Source: Alphaproteobacteria bacterium
Lineage (GTDB): Bacteria > Pseudomonadota > Alphaproteobacteria > JBFXJJ01
Length of the DNA: 64,000 nucleotides
Direction of reading: 5' to 3'
Assembly (NCBI GenBank): GCA_050175015.1
Contig: JBFXJJ010000002.1
Span: forward strand, 32,001 to 96,000
Shown here piece by piece: positions 51,798-61,960 of this stretch. Position 1 is the stretch's first letter, and every line of letters begins with the position of its first letter. The position numbers and the translations under genes were made by a program. Below the pieces are notes generated by a model that was not told the DNA's origin, made no database searches, and was given only the letters and a program-made list of their open reading frames with translations.

Positions 51798-52090
51798 AGT
51801 TCTACCCCCAGCATTTTAGCTAGATTAAGTAAAGCTTCGGTTTGAGTGGTTTGGGTTAGGTATGAAGCAAGAGAGATAATGTCGCTTCCTTTATCTCCTG
51901 TGGCAAAATCAGCCCATTTACCAGTTTGCATATTAACTTTAAAAGAGCCTTTGGATTTATCGGTGCGAGTTGGATTTAAAGCAACCCATTCGCATCCCTG
52001 ACGTTTGCCATCAGGTAGCCACCGAGCTAAAATTGCAGGTAAAACCGATAACCCAACATCATTAACCCTCATAAAATTTGCTTTTTTCAT
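51794..52090 (-). CDS. Stand-alone primase N-terminal (zinc-ribbon-like) domain
   Basis: LARWLPDGKRQG.EWVALNPTR.D...GSF.VN..TGKWADFATGDKGSDIISL. Confidence 0.75.
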   Translation of the reverse strand: MKKANFMRVNDVGLSVLPAILARWLPDGKRQGCEWVALNPTRTDKSKGSFKVNMQTGKWADFATGDKGSDIISLASYLTQTTQTEALLNLAKMLGVEL

Positions 52091-52094
52091 GAGG

Positions 52095-52328
52095 TTAATC
52101 CGCCATTGGATATTCAATTCTTCTTTTTTCTAAAAATTCGATTAAATCGCTAAGCTTATATTTAACCATTCTTTTGCCGAGTTTTATCATTGGCAAATTA
52201 TAACGCTTATTTGTTGCCCAAGCTTCAAGAGTTGAGGGTTTTACTCCCAAAAATAAAGCGGCTTCTTTTCTGGTTAAAAGCTTTTCTTGGTTTTGAGTGC
52301 TTGTGTTTTCTGTATTATCAAGTTTCAT
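52095..52328 (-). CDS. AlpA/Xis-like HTH protein (probable recombination directionality factor)
   Basis: KLLTRKEAALFLGVKPSTLEAW...KLGKRMVKY. Confidence 0.85.
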   Translation of the reverse strand: MKLDNTENTSTQNQEKLLTRKEAALFLGVKPSTLEAWATNKRYNLPMIKLGKRMVKYKLSDLIEFLEKRRIEYPMAD

Positions 52329-52483
52329 AATATAATCTCCTATACGATTAAAAAAAATTAAAGGAAGTTATATTCTGGATAGATAAATCAAGCTTTGAAA
52401 AGAACAAATGGGTGTCTAGCACCCCTATAAAAAAGGCAGACACCCAAGTAAAAACATTGAAAAATCAGGGTTTTTATTTTTAA

Positions 52484-53392
52484 CTATTTTTCTGATTTTG
52501 AATAGCTTCCTTGCTTTTTGCTAGCTTTTCGCATAAAGGTTGCCATATCTTTTATATTAGATTCGGATATTTTATAGCATTTATCATCATCATTTTCGGT
52601 ATAATAGCCCAATTCTTTTGCCCTTTTTGTTAAATCAGAAATTAAAGCTTCTTTGTTTTCACAATATTTTTGCTTTTTATCGTCTCGGTGTTTTGCTTGT
52701 AGAGAAAGAATAACTTGTAAAAACTCGCTTTGCTCTTCAAAAGGAGGAAGCTTTGAATAAATTGTTTTGTTCAAATCCTTATCGTGAACATCTCCTAAAA
52801 TAAATTTTTTATCTCTAAAATCCTCAATGTTCTGATAACGCTGTTTCAAACTATCATAATTAACTTTTAAAACTTTTGTAGTAACAGTCATAAAGTAATA
52901 AAAAACAATCGGAAAAAGTGAAAACAAAAAAACTCCCAAAAAAGTATATAAAACTTGGATATTGCTAACTAAGTCAGATTCGTTAAGCCCTGCCCATAAA
53001 GTTATTAAAAAACATAAAATTATAAAAAGGGGAGATAATAAAAAATAATACTTATTAAAAATCGTTTGTTTTTGCATTAATATTCGGTTTGAGCTGAGCT
53101 TTGAAAAAAGTAGATATTTATTGTTTTCAATAAAGGTTTTGCCTTTAATCATATCTTTTAATCTAAAGTTTTCTTCTTCAGAAATCTTATAATCAACATT
53201 GTTAAACATAAGGTCTATTAACAATTTATTTTGAGCATTTATAAGAGTTTCTTCATCAACTTCACTAAATCCTAAATCCTGATACAAGCCTTTGTCTTTA
53301 AGAATTTCTTTTTCTTTAGGATCAACAGGCTCTTTTTGAAAAAACAACCAATTTAACGCACTATGTAAATCTATATATTTTGTTTTTGCCAT
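52484..53392 (-). CDS. Hypothetical protein with two central TM helices
   Basis: 302-aa ORF 8 nt downstream of the integrase; two hydrophobic segments mid-protein. Confidence 0.7.
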   Translation of the reverse strand: MAKTKYIDLHSALNWLFFQKEPVDPKEKEILKDKGLYQDLGFSEVDEETLINAQNKLLIDLMFNNVDYKISEEENFRLKDMIKGKTFIENNKYLLFSKLSSNRILMQKQTIFNKYYFLLSPLFIILCFLITLWAGLNESDLVSNIQVLYTFLGVFLFSLFPIVFYYFMTVTTKVLKVNYDSLKQRYQNIEDFRDKKFILGDVHDKDLNKTIYSKLPPFEEQSEFLQVILSLQAKHRDDKKQKYCENKEALISDLTKRAKELGYYTENDDDKCYKISESNIKDMATFMRKASKKQGSYSKSEK

Positions 53393-53400
53393 AATTTAAC

Positions 53401-54564
53401 CTAATCGTTTTTCTTACCCAATTCTTCAATCATATTAACCGCAGTTGCCATTGATGCTCTAACTGGGTCTTGGTTTAATCTTGCATAAATTTGAGTTGCG
53501 TTTGCGGTTTTATGCCCCAAAGATTTACCAATAATTGGCAAGCTTGCCCCTGTTATAGCTTGATAACTGCCTAAAGTTCTTCTTATATCGTGTATTCTTA
53601 AATTTTCCAACTCTGCTTTTTTTAAAATGCTTTTCCAAGCCGTTTTAGGCTCTTCAAAATGACCTGATGCACTTGCTTTGCTCGGAAAAACCCAAGTTTT
53701 ATCTTTTTCTATGCTTTGATAGCGTTCCTTTAAAAGTTCAACCGCTTGTTCTACTAAAGGAACATCTAAACTTTCGCCATTTTTAGTTTCGGGGATATGC
53801 CAATTTTGATTGTTAAAATTTATCTCTTCCCATCTCATCGATAAAACATTGCTCTTTCTCTGCCCTGTATAAATTGAAATATAAAAAAAGTCTTTGGCTG
53901 TATCATTTGGATATTCATTAATAGCTTTAAAAAGTTTTGCCATTTCTTCAGGCTGAATAAATCTATCTCTTGACTTGGTTTTATATTTTTTAATGCCAAT
54001 TGCTGGATTTTTATCTACATAACCCCATTCAACAGCTTTATTAAATACGTGGCGAATAAGCGTTAAAGCGTTATTGGCTGAGTAAATTCCGTTGTTATTG
54101 CCAAGTTTGGTATGAAGTTTTTCAATATCATTTTTTGTTATTGAGGTTATTTTTTTATAATCCCAACTTTTAAAATAACGATTGTAAATATCAATGTTTT
54201 CTTGCCAAGTTCTTTGTTTGGTATGTTTTTTAGAATACTTTTCAATATATTCATCAAAAAGCTCTTGTAATACCAGTTCTTCCTTAAGCCTGTTCTTTTC
54301 AATATTAGGATTTTTACCTTCACTAAGCTGAGAAATAATTTCTAAAGCTTTAGCTCGAGCTTTGATTAAAGTTATTTCTGTATTTTTACCAACTGTAATT
54401 CTTAAAGGTCTGCCATTATGTTTTTTATAAACAACATAGGTTTTAATCCCTTTATCGGTAACTCGGCATATTAAACAGCTAACTTTATCATCTTTAACTG
54501 AATATCTTTTGCCCTCTTTTGCAGGCTTTAATCTTTCAATATAACTTTCTGTAAAATTTGGCAT
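53401..54564 (-). CDS. Tyrosine integrase with arm-binding domain (P4-like)
   Basis: N-terminal arm-binding domain, TGQRKSN, ETKNG, HDIRRT, LGH, TQIYA. Confidence 0.95.
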   Translation of the reverse strand: MPNFTESYIERLKPAKEGKRYSVKDDKVSCLICRVTDKGIKTYVVYKKHNGRPLRITVGKNTEITLIKARAKALEIISQLSEGKNPNIEKNRLKEELVLQELFDEYIEKYSKKHTKQRTWQENIDIYNRYFKSWDYKKITSITKNDIEKLHTKLGNNNGIYSANNALTLIRHVFNKAVEWGYVDKNPAIGIKKYKTKSRDRFIQPEEMAKLFKAINEYPNDTAKDFFYISIYTGQRKSNVLSMRWEEINFNNQNWHIPETKNGESLDVPLVEQAVELLKERYQSIEKDKTWVFPSKASASGHFEEPKTAWKSILKKAELENLRIHDIRRTLGSYQAITGASLPIIGKSLGHKTANATQIYARLNQDPVRASMATAVNMIEELGKKND

Positions 54565-54567
54565 AGT

Positions 54568-55278
54568 TTAATTCCTAGCTATTATTTTATTAACAGGTTT
54601 AGCAAAAAGACTTTTCTCAAATGATTGCAAAGGGATTGCAAATTCTGAGTTCTTTACTATTAAACAATCGTCTAAAAATCTGCTTCTGTTATCAATTTTT
54701 ATATAATGACTGTAACCGCCAAACAAAAAAATGTAGCAATTGGTTTGTTCAAACTTATGCTTAATCGGGCTAAAAAACATAATATCTATATCATCTTCTT
54801 CTATTTTGTTATTTTCAAAATAGTGTTTCCAAATAGATATTTCAAAAAAAGAAGCTTCAGGTAATTTGTTGTTCAACAAACTGTTTTTTATTATCTTGCT
54901 GTATTTTTCACCTAAATCAATTTTTTTAAATTCAGGTCTTTTAGATATATGGGCTCTCCATATAATTGATAGGTAAAAAAGTTTTAATTTATTAGAATCA
55001 ATATTTTTAACCTTTATGCCGTTTTTATCTCTTTCACAAATAAATTTTTCTAAATTAAATAAAACTTCATAAGAATATTCATCGTATTTGCCAAGTTTTC
55101 CATCACAGTCTGAACATAGGATTTCGTTGTCATAAACTCCTATTCTATTTTTTTTAGGATAATCACCATCATAACTATATATTTTTTGTAGCTTTTTTGT
55201 TTTTGTAAAATACTTTTCAGGAATTATATGTGCCTTTATAAGTTTTTTATCCTCACCACACAAAAAACATTTATTCAT
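54568..55278 (-). CDS. HNH-like zinc-binding hypothetical protein
   Basis: CFLC...KAHIIP...ILCSDCD; very AT-rich. Confidence 0.6.
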   Translation of the reverse strand: MNKCFLCGEDKKLIKAHIIPEKYFTKTKKLQKIYSYDGDYPKKNRIGVYDNEILCSDCDGKLGKYDEYSYEVLFNLEKFICERDKNGIKVKNIDSNKLKLFYLSIIWRAHISKRPEFKKIDLGEKYSKIIKNSLLNNKLPEASFFEISIWKHYFENNKIEEDDIDIMFFSPIKHKFEQTNCYIFLFGGYSHYIKIDNRSRFLDDCLIVKNSEFAIPLQSFEKSLFAKPVNKIIARN

Positions 55279-55297
55279 TTTTAAAAATCCTCAAACT

Positions 55298-55381
55298 GGG
55301 GCTAATTTTTTAAATTTAATTTCAACAAAAGTGTTTTTTTAGAAGGGTTTTATAAAAATCTCGGGGCTACTCTGGGGCTAC
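55298..55381 (+). repeat. Putative integrase arm sites, right
   Basis: GGGGCTAA at 55298; GGGGCTAC at 55363 and 55374. Confidence 0.7.
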
Positions 55382-55501
55382 CTTTTTGATAAAAAACCAT
55401 CAAAAACGACTTGTTGTTATAAAACCAAGAATCAGCCAAAGGCGTTGAATTGTCAAGGATTATAATGGCATATAAAAAACCGTCAAACCTAAAACCAGCA
55501 A

Positions 55502-55547
55502 ATTGTGGTTCAGGGGGTCGTCGGTTCGAATCCGATCATTCGCCCCA
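55502..55547 (+). repeat. attR core (displaced tRNA-His 3' half)
   Basis: 44/46 identical to 35022-35067. Confidence 0.92.
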
Positions 55548-55553
55548 TATTTT

Positions 55554-55592
55554 AAAGGGGTTTTAGAGTTTTTTCTCTAAAGCCCTTTTTTA
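55554..55592 (+). terminator. Original tRNA-His terminator
   Basis: AAAGGGGTTTTAGAG...CTCTAAAGCCCTTTTT. Confidence 0.75.
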
Positions 55593-56014
55593 TTTTTCAA
55601 ATTAAAGCACCAATTTATTTTAAGACAAGTATCATCTTGTAACAAAATAACCATAACTTAAATACTACGACAACGATTATATGACTTAATGTGACTTTAT
55701 CATTAAAGTCGCGACCACTTAAAATAGAAAAGAGACACATAATCTTGTTACAGTTTAATTTTCTATCAAAATTTTCAATATGTTAACAACACAACTGATT
55801 CTTTATCAAATATAGTCAGTATTTTTATGCCTTTTTCTACCGTTCATTAATATATTTTTTAATAATTAAAGTAATTTGACAATATTGTTATTTTAATATA
55901 TTACAGTTACGGCAAATTAATTATTATTGCAGCAATCTACACTTAAAAATTAATTTGCAACAATGATTACAACTTATTTTAGTAAACACTAAAATACAAC
56001 AGGGACGTTGTTCT

Positions 56015-58051
56015 ATGATTAAAAAGTTACTTGAAAACTCTTCTCTTAAAAACAAACTTACAGCCTTATCTGCAATCTTTATCATACCTATTGCTTTCTT
56101 AACATATCTTTTGATTGTCCAAAGCTTAAAGGAAATCAACTTTTCTGCTAAGGAAATTGACGGCAATAAATATATTATGCCTTTACAAACATTATTAATT
56201 GATACTATCGACAATCATCAAGGCAAAATGAGCGATGCTGATTTTGTTTCCGCAGTAGGGGAACACATTGCTACCGTTCAAAAAATGAATGATCTCTATG
56301 GTGAAGCAATGAATTCAGTTGAACCTGCTGAAGATGTTATTGCAACAGGCAAAGAAATCGTACAAAGCTTTACAACTTTATCACCTGAAGCTAAAAACAA
56401 AATGTTTGATGAAATGCTTGGCGCAACATTAACTCTTATTGCCCGCATTGGTGATGGTTCAAACCTCATTCTTGATCCTGACTTAGATTCATATTATGAA
56501 ATGGACATCATTCTGCTTAAAATGCCTGAGTTGGCAAACCGCTTAAGCCAAATAACCGATGTTACTCTCGACAATTTAAGATCTGGCGAAAATACTCTTG
56601 AAAGAAGAGCTCAATACTTAACTAAAAAAGGGGAACTTGCTTCAACCGTTTCAGCTTTAGCTGGTTCTATTGAATCTGCATATAGAGGAAGCTTAGATGG
56701 TTCTGTAAACAAAATTCTTTCTGGTCCTTATGCGAAATACAGCAATATAATTGAAAAATTTAGCGCAACCTTAGAAGAAGCTTCAAAAGAAAATGCTGAC
56801 ATATCTCTTGAAAATAATATTTTGGCATTAAGAGAAAGTGTTCACAATCAAACTCGTGAATTCTGGCTTAGCGTTGCTGATGACTTAGACCGTCTTCTTA
56901 ACTTACGTGTTCAAGGTTTCAAAGACACCTTGAAAGAACGTTTAATTTTAGTTGGTATCGTTTTAGTTCTAGCTTTGATTTTCTCTTGGCAGGTTTGCAG
57001 CGTTGTTAGAGCAACTATCAACGGCTTATCAAAAACAATGACCAGTCTTGCATCTGGAGATACCTCTGTTATCGTCCCTTTCTCAGAACGCCACGAAGAA
57101 TTCGGAAAAATGGCAAAAACAGTTGAGACTTTCAAACAAGCCCTAGTTGAACGCAGCATTCTTGAAGAAAAACAAGATGCAGAAAACAAAGCTCGCGAAG
57201 AACGTCATGTAAAACTAACAGAAACAACCAACCGTTTTGCCGATGCTATTACAAGAATTGTTGAAAACCTTTCAGGTCAAATTCAAAAGCTTAATGTTTC
57301 TGCAAACAATCTTTCTGCTAACGCTGAACAAACAGCAAGACAGAGCAACGCCGTTTCTTTAGCTACCGAGAGAGCATCTAACAACGTCGGAACAGTTGCA
57401 TCTGCTAGTACCGAGCTTGAAGCCTCAATTAGAGAGATTGCCCGTCAAGTTTCCGATGCTGCTGAAATTTCAAGCGCAGCCGTTGCCAAAGCCGAAGAAA
57501 CTAATGAAAGAGTTTCTCGTCTTTCAGCCGCAGCAAGCCGCATTGGTGAAGTAGTTAACTTAATTACGGACATTGCTAGCCAAACCAATCTTCTTGCTCT
57601 TAACGCAACGATTGAAGCTGCCCGTGCTGGTGATGCTGGTAAAGGCTTTGCTGTTGTTGCTGGAGAAGTTAAAAATCTTGCTTCACAGACAGGAAAAGCA
57701 ACCGATGAAATCAGCCAGCAAATCGAAAGCGTACAGTCTGAAACCAACCAAGCTGTTTCTGCTATCGGTGAAATCAGTAATATTATTCGCAGTATTAATG
57801 AACTATCAACGTCTATCGCTGGTGCGGTAGAACAACAGAGCGCTGCCACAGGCGAAATTGCTCGTAACGTGGAAGAAGCTTCACGCAGCAGTATGGAAGT
57901 AAGTGATAACATTGCTAATGTTACCACCGTTGCTCAGGAAGCAGGCAGTATGGCTAAAGAATTATTCTCTGCAGCCAATATTCTTATGAATGAGCAAAAA
58001 ATCTTAAAAGACGAAGTTGAACGTTTTCTTGCTGGCATTAAAACCGCATAA
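56015..58051 (+). CDS. Methyl-accepting chemotaxis protein with helical periplasmic sensor
   Basis: [41 protein letters not shown]. Confidence 0.95.
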   Translation: MIKKLLENSSLKNKLTALSAIFIIPIAFLTYLLIVQSLKEINFSAKEIDGNKYIMPLQTLLIDTIDNHQGKMSDADFVSAVGEHIATVQKMNDLYGEAMNSVEPAEDVIATGKEIVQSFTTLSPEAKNKMFDEMLGATLTLIARIGDGSNLILDPDLDSYYEMDIILLKMPELANRLSQITDVTLDNLRSGENTLERRAQYLTKKGELASTVSALAGSIESAYRGSLDGSVNKILSGPYAKYSNIIEKFSATLEEASKENADISLENNILALRESVHNQTREFWLSVADDLDRLLNLRVQGFKDTLKERLILVGIVLVLALIFSWQVCSVVRATINGLSKTMTSLASGDTSVIVPFSERHEEFGKMAKTVETFKQALVERSILEEKQDAENKAREERHVKLTETTNRFADAITRIVENLSGQIQKLNVSANNLSANAEQTARQSNAVSLATERASNNVGTVASASTELEASIREIARQVSDAAEISSAAVAKAEETNERVSRLSAAASRIGEVVNLITDIASQTNLLALNATIEAARAGDAGKGFAVVAGEVKNLASQTGKATDEISQQIESVQSETNQAVSAIGEISNIIRSINELSTSIAGAVEQQSAATGEIARNVEEASRSSMEVSDNIANVTTVAQEAGSMAKELFSAANILMNEQKILKDEVERFLAGIKTA

Positions 58052-58071
58052 AACTTCCTTTAAATAAAACA

Positions 58072-58105
58072 AAAAGAGCATAGCAACGGTTATGCTCTTT
58101 TTTTT
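58072..58105 (+). terminator. Intrinsic terminator
   Basis: AAAAGAGCATA...TATGCTCTTTTTTTT. Confidence 0.8.
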
Positions 58106-58249
58106 GACTTTTTAATTTGCCTCACGGCAGCCTTAACAGGCTAAGTTTTTACTTTTGTAAAAGTAAAATCAAAACTCTTTTATATAGTAAAAATAGAAAT
58201 AAATGTAAAATATTCTAAAAAGACAAGTACTCTAAAATGTAAAGTCATA

Positions 58250-58286
58250 AAAAAAAGACCAGAGATTAAATCTTTGGTCTTTTTTA
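58250..58286 (-). terminator. Intrinsic terminator after sodB
   Basis: AAAAAAAGACCAGAGAT...ATCTTTGGTCTTTTTT. Confidence 0.75.
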
Positions 58287-58312
58287 TTTATTTCGTATTT
58301 TATTAACGAAGT

Positions 58313-58912
58313 TTATGCTTTAGCTAAATTAGCATTAGCAAAATCCCAATTAACTAAATTGGCTAAGAACGCTGCTACGAAATCAGGACGACGGTTTTGA
58401 TAATCAAGATAATAAGCGTGCTCCCAAACATCTACGCATAACAATGCAACTTGTCCTCTTGCTAAAGGCGTATCGGCGTTTGATGTTTTTACAATTTTAA
58501 GCTTTCCGGCTTCAACAATCAACCAAGCCCAACCGCTTCCAAATTGAGTTGCCGCAGCAGTTTTAAACTCTTCAGCAAACTTTTCATAACTGCCAAAATC
58601 AGCATCAATTTTAGCTTTTAAAGCACCAGTTGCTTCACCACCGCCATTTTTTTTCATACTATTCCAAAAAAAACTGTGATTCCACACTTGAGCAGCATTA
58701 TTGAAAACGCCTGTTTTCTCTGGATTCTGATAAGTTTCACGAACAACTTTTTCTAAAGGAAGGTTCTCTAATTCTGTACCTTTCGTTAGATTATTCAAAT
58801 TATTAACATATCCTTGATGATGCTTATCATAATGAAAATCAAGGGTATTTTTAGAAATATATGGTTCTAAATCGGTTTTTTCGAATGTTAGTTTTGGTAA
58901 TTCAAATGTCAT
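58313..58912 (-). CDS. sodB: Superoxide dismutase [Fe]
   Basis: HYDKHH, NNAAQVWNH (Fe-type AAQ), DVWEHAYYLDY. Confidence 0.93.
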   Translation of the reverse strand: MTFELPKLTFEKTDLEPYISKNTLDFHYDKHHQGYVNNLNNLTKGTELENLPLEKVVRETYQNPEKTGVFNNAAQVWNHSFFWNSMKKNGGGEATGALKAKIDADFGSYEKFAEEFKTAAATQFGSGWAWLIVEAGKLKIVKTSNADTPLARGQVALLCVDVWEHAYYLDYQNRRPDFVAAFLANLVNWDFANANLAKA

Positions 58913-58982
58913 ATTTTCACCTCATTTTATACTTTATAATAATTATAAACATATTTACATCATATTGTTTTTTAAAATTTTT

Positions 58983-60254
58983 TCAAGAAAAATATTTTAA
59001 AATTAACTTACCTGCTGTAAAACCCGAAGCTACAGCACTTTCAATAGATGATGGAATTCCTGTTTTAGTCCAGTCTCCCGCTAAGAAAAGATTTTTAAAC
59101 TCTGTTAAAGTTTGTTTTCGTAATTTTTCATTTTTAAAATTATGTAAAACTGTTGCTCTTTTCTCTTTAATAACTTTAAACTTTGGCATTTCCATAACAG
59201 GAAAGGCAGGAATTTTTAATAAATCCTCCCATATTACAGCCGCAATATCTTCATTGCTTTTATTAATAAGTTCGTCACTTGGTGCGCTTATTACAACCGA
59301 AAGCAAGTTTTTTTTAGCAAATACCCACTCAGCTGTCCCTCCAACAATGCAACAGAAAGGTTTATTGTCTGGTAAAGCAATATTCTCTCCAACAAGGTAA
59401 TGCACGCAAATAATAGAACTCGTTTCCTTTGGAGTTGATATCGATGGCAGCATTTTAAAACTATTCTCTGCGGTAACAGCCATAATAACGGCATCATCTT
59501 TTTCAAGAAAAATCTTTCCCTTTTCGAAAAAAAGCCTATCTACCCTGTCTTCTATTCCAAGCCCTCGGATTTTTTTATTGTAAATAATTTCAACATTAGA
59601 TTGTTTCAAGTATTCTACTATAGGTTCAACAAAAGCACCCCTTAAAGACTTGTTTGCAAGATATGGAACCGCGGCACTTCCTCCTTTGGCAAAAACTTTC
59701 ATAATGATATCATACATTAAATTTGCAGGAACTTTATCTGGTGCAGAATTAAAAACAGCCTTGCAAAATGGCAGCCAGAAACTTTCATAAATATGGTTAC
59801 CGCTTAAAATTTCTTCAACCGTTGCCTTTTCTGACGCATATTTAAGCTTAAATATTTCAAAATAGTCAACAATACCACTGTCAGGAACTCTTTTTGAAGA
59901 CCTGAACAACCAAAAAGGAATTTTAGTTTTTGATGGCTGAAGCAACCATTGCTGTTGTTTATTGATATCAATAAAAGGATAACACGGAGGATCAATCGCT
60001 GTTAGGCTGTTTCTACACCCGATTATATCCAGCAATTTAAAAAAATTTTTATTAATTCCCAAAATTAAATGCGGGCAATTATCAAGAATTCTATCAAAAC
60101 TCCTGTCAAAGTAAGAATAGCATCGTCCTCCGAGGTGATTATTTGCTTCATATATTTTTATTTTATATTTGTTATTTTTATGAGCGATATAAACCGCCGC
60201 CGAAAGTCCTGATAGCCCCCCGCCGATTATATGGACGGTTTTTTTGTCCGACAT
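58983..60254 (-). CDS. hpnE: Hydroxysqualene dehydroxylase HpnE
   Basis: IIGGGLSG FAD motif, GGRCYS, KEKRAT, LAGDWT...IESAVASG; follows hpnCD. Confidence 0.82.
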   Translation of the reverse strand: MSDKKTVHIIGGGLSGLSAAVYIAHKNNKYKIKIYEANNHLGGRCYSYFDRSFDRILDNCPHLILGINKNFFKLLDIIGCRNSLTAIDPPCYPFIDINKQQQWLLQPSKTKIPFWLFRSSKRVPDSGIVDYFEIFKLKYASEKATVEEILSGNHIYESFWLPFCKAVFNSAPDKVPANLMYDIIMKVFAKGGSAAVPYLANKSLRGAFVEPIVEYLKQSNVEIIYNKKIRGLGIEDRVDRLFFEKGKIFLEKDDAVIMAVTAENSFKMLPSISTPKETSSIICVHYLVGENIALPDNKPFCCIVGGTAEWVFAKKNLLSVVISAPSDELINKSNEDIAAVIWEDLLKIPAFPVMEMPKFKVIKEKRATVLHNFKNEKLRKQTLTEFKNLFLAGDWTKTGIPSSIESAVASGFTAGKLILKYFS

Positions 60255-61090
60255 AGAAACCTCCTTAGAAGAGTTTCCATTATTATTAGTAATAAATCAA
60301 CAAGATTAGGTTTTATTTTTGGTTCTAGTATTTGAAAGCCTCTTTTTTTAGTTTTCTGCAAAACTTTTTCATATACTTTCATCATTATGAATGCAGGATA
60401 CATTTTGGCAAAACTAGCTTTTCTTAAATTAGCTTTAGCTTGCTGGTATTTTTGCTCTGCTTTGCCACATAATATTGATAAGGCTTCGGTTAAGTTTGGG
60501 CTTTTAATAACGTCCAAAGGATTATCACTAAAAATTTCAGCTTTGTTTAAAATACTTTTAGAAATATAAAGTCTTCCCATATCAGCATCTTCTTTTACAT
60601 CTCTGATAATATTGGTCAGCTGTAGAGCCTCACCCAAATTTAGGGCAAAACTTCTGGCATTGTCATCATCTTCTCCAAAAATCTTAATCGAAATTAAACC
60701 CACAGCTCCAGCAACTCTACTACAGTAAAGTTCTAAATCTTCATCACTCGGAGCCTTTATGCCATCAGGCAAATCCATCGCCATTCCATCAATAACGGCA
60801 ATAAAATCTTTAGCATCAAGCTTAAAGATGTCAACATAACCTGAAAGGCTTTTTCCAAGCTCGGTTTCTGGTTTTTGCCTAAAAACAGCATCTATTTCCT
60901 TACGCCAGAAATCCAAATTTTTAATTTTGACTTCATAAACATCTTCACCATCAGCAATGTCATCAATAACACGGCAAAAAGCGTATACCGCATACATAGC
61001 ATTGCGTCTTTCTTCTGGCAGAAGCTTCATGGCCGATGCAAAAGAAGAACCCGATTTTTTTACAATTTTTTCTGTAAGATTTTCATTCAT
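60227..61090 (-). CDS. hpnD: Presqualene diphosphate synthase HpnD
   Basis: SGSSF, YAFCRVIDDIAD, YCSRVAGAVG, LQLTNIIRDVKED. Confidence 0.88.
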   Translation of the reverse strand: MNENLTEKIVKKSGSSFASAMKLLPEERRNAMYAVYAFCRVIDDIADGEDVYEVKIKNLDFWRKEIDAVFRQKPETELGKSLSGYVDIFKLDAKDFIAVIDGMAMDLPDGIKAPSDEDLELYCSRVAGAVGLISIKIFGEDDDNARSFALNLGEALQLTNIIRDVKEDADMGRLYISKSILNKAEIFSDNPLDVIKSPNLTEALSILCGKAEQKYQQAKANLRKASFAKMYPAFIMMKVYEKVLQKTKKRGFQILEPKIKPNLVDLLLIIMETLLRRFLCRTKKPSI

Positions 61091-61099
61091 ATTTTAGAA

Positions 61100-61951
61100 T
61101 CATAAACAACTAGTTGTTGTTTTTCTAGTAAAAACTGCTTTGAATATTCCCTTGGCAGCAGAAAGAAACCAGTCTTTCTTATTGAGAGATACTTTGTGTT
61201 TTATTGGATCTTCTAATCTAAGCTTTATAGATAGTCTTTCTGCCAACGCAATAATAATTGAGATTTCAACTTTTAAACCAAAATTCATTGTAATTGAGGG
61301 CAATATTTTTCCTTCAAACAACATATTGTCGGTTTTATCAAGGATAAGATTAATGATTTTTCTAAGTCCCAAACTCGCCTCATCAGCGGCTAAATCTTCG
61401 GGTTTTACATCATATTCTTTCATAAAATCAGAAGGAATATATATCCTTTTCAAATTTAAATAATCTTTTTTCAAATCCTGCAAGTGGTTTAAAATCTGCA
61501 AAACAACACAAACCCTGTCACTGCTCCAATGAGTACTGAGTGGCTCTTTATGCAAATCAAGCATAAACCGTCCAACAGGAGATGCCGAATAGGAACAATA
61601 ATATATTAGTTCGTCCCATACTTGATAATGTTTTCCCAAGGCATCTTGCTTAAACGCTTTCAATAAATCCAAAGCGTGAATAATTAGTTTATCATCTATA
61701 TCAATAAGACTTTTTCTTAACTCAAATGCGGTTTTAGTTTCTTCGCTGTTATCGCCAAAGCCCTGCAAGCTGTTTTCTAACTTTTCAAGCTTCAATATTT
61801 TTTCTTCACAAGAAAGCTCTTTATCATCGGCAACATCATCAGCATATCTTGCAAAATTATAAAACTTTGCAATATGAGGTCTTAATTTTGCAGGCAGAAG
61901 AATTGACCCTACTGGAAAATTTTCGTCTTTAGCTGTTTTGCTCGCTTCCAT
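61100..61951 (-). CDS. hpnC: Hydroxysqualene synthase HpnC
   Basis: ENFPVGS, FARYADDVAD, YCSYSASPVGR, LQILNHLQD. Confidence 0.88.
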   Translation of the reverse strand: MEASKTAKDENFPVGSILLPAKLRPHIAKFYNFARYADDVADDKELSCEEKILKLEKLENSLQGFGDNSEETKTAFELRKSLIDIDDKLIIHALDLLKAFKQDALGKHYQVWDELIYYCSYSASPVGRFMLDLHKEPLSTHWSSDRVCVVLQILNHLQDLKKDYLNLKRIYIPSDFMKEYDVKPEDLAADEASLGLRKIINLILDKTDNMLFEGKILPSITMNFGLKVEISIIIALAERLSIKLRLEDPIKHKVSLNKKDWFLSAAKGIFKAVFTRKTTTSCL

Positions 61952-61960
61952 AATAACAAC

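Noticed and set aside
55502-55547. Second tRNA-His
   Set aside because: Only the 3' half is present; it is attR
58861-59400. 179-aa plus-strand ORF and similar antisense ORFs (e.g. 57445-57927, 26696-27097)
   Set aside because: Shadows of well-supported genes on the opposite strand, with no recognisable motifs
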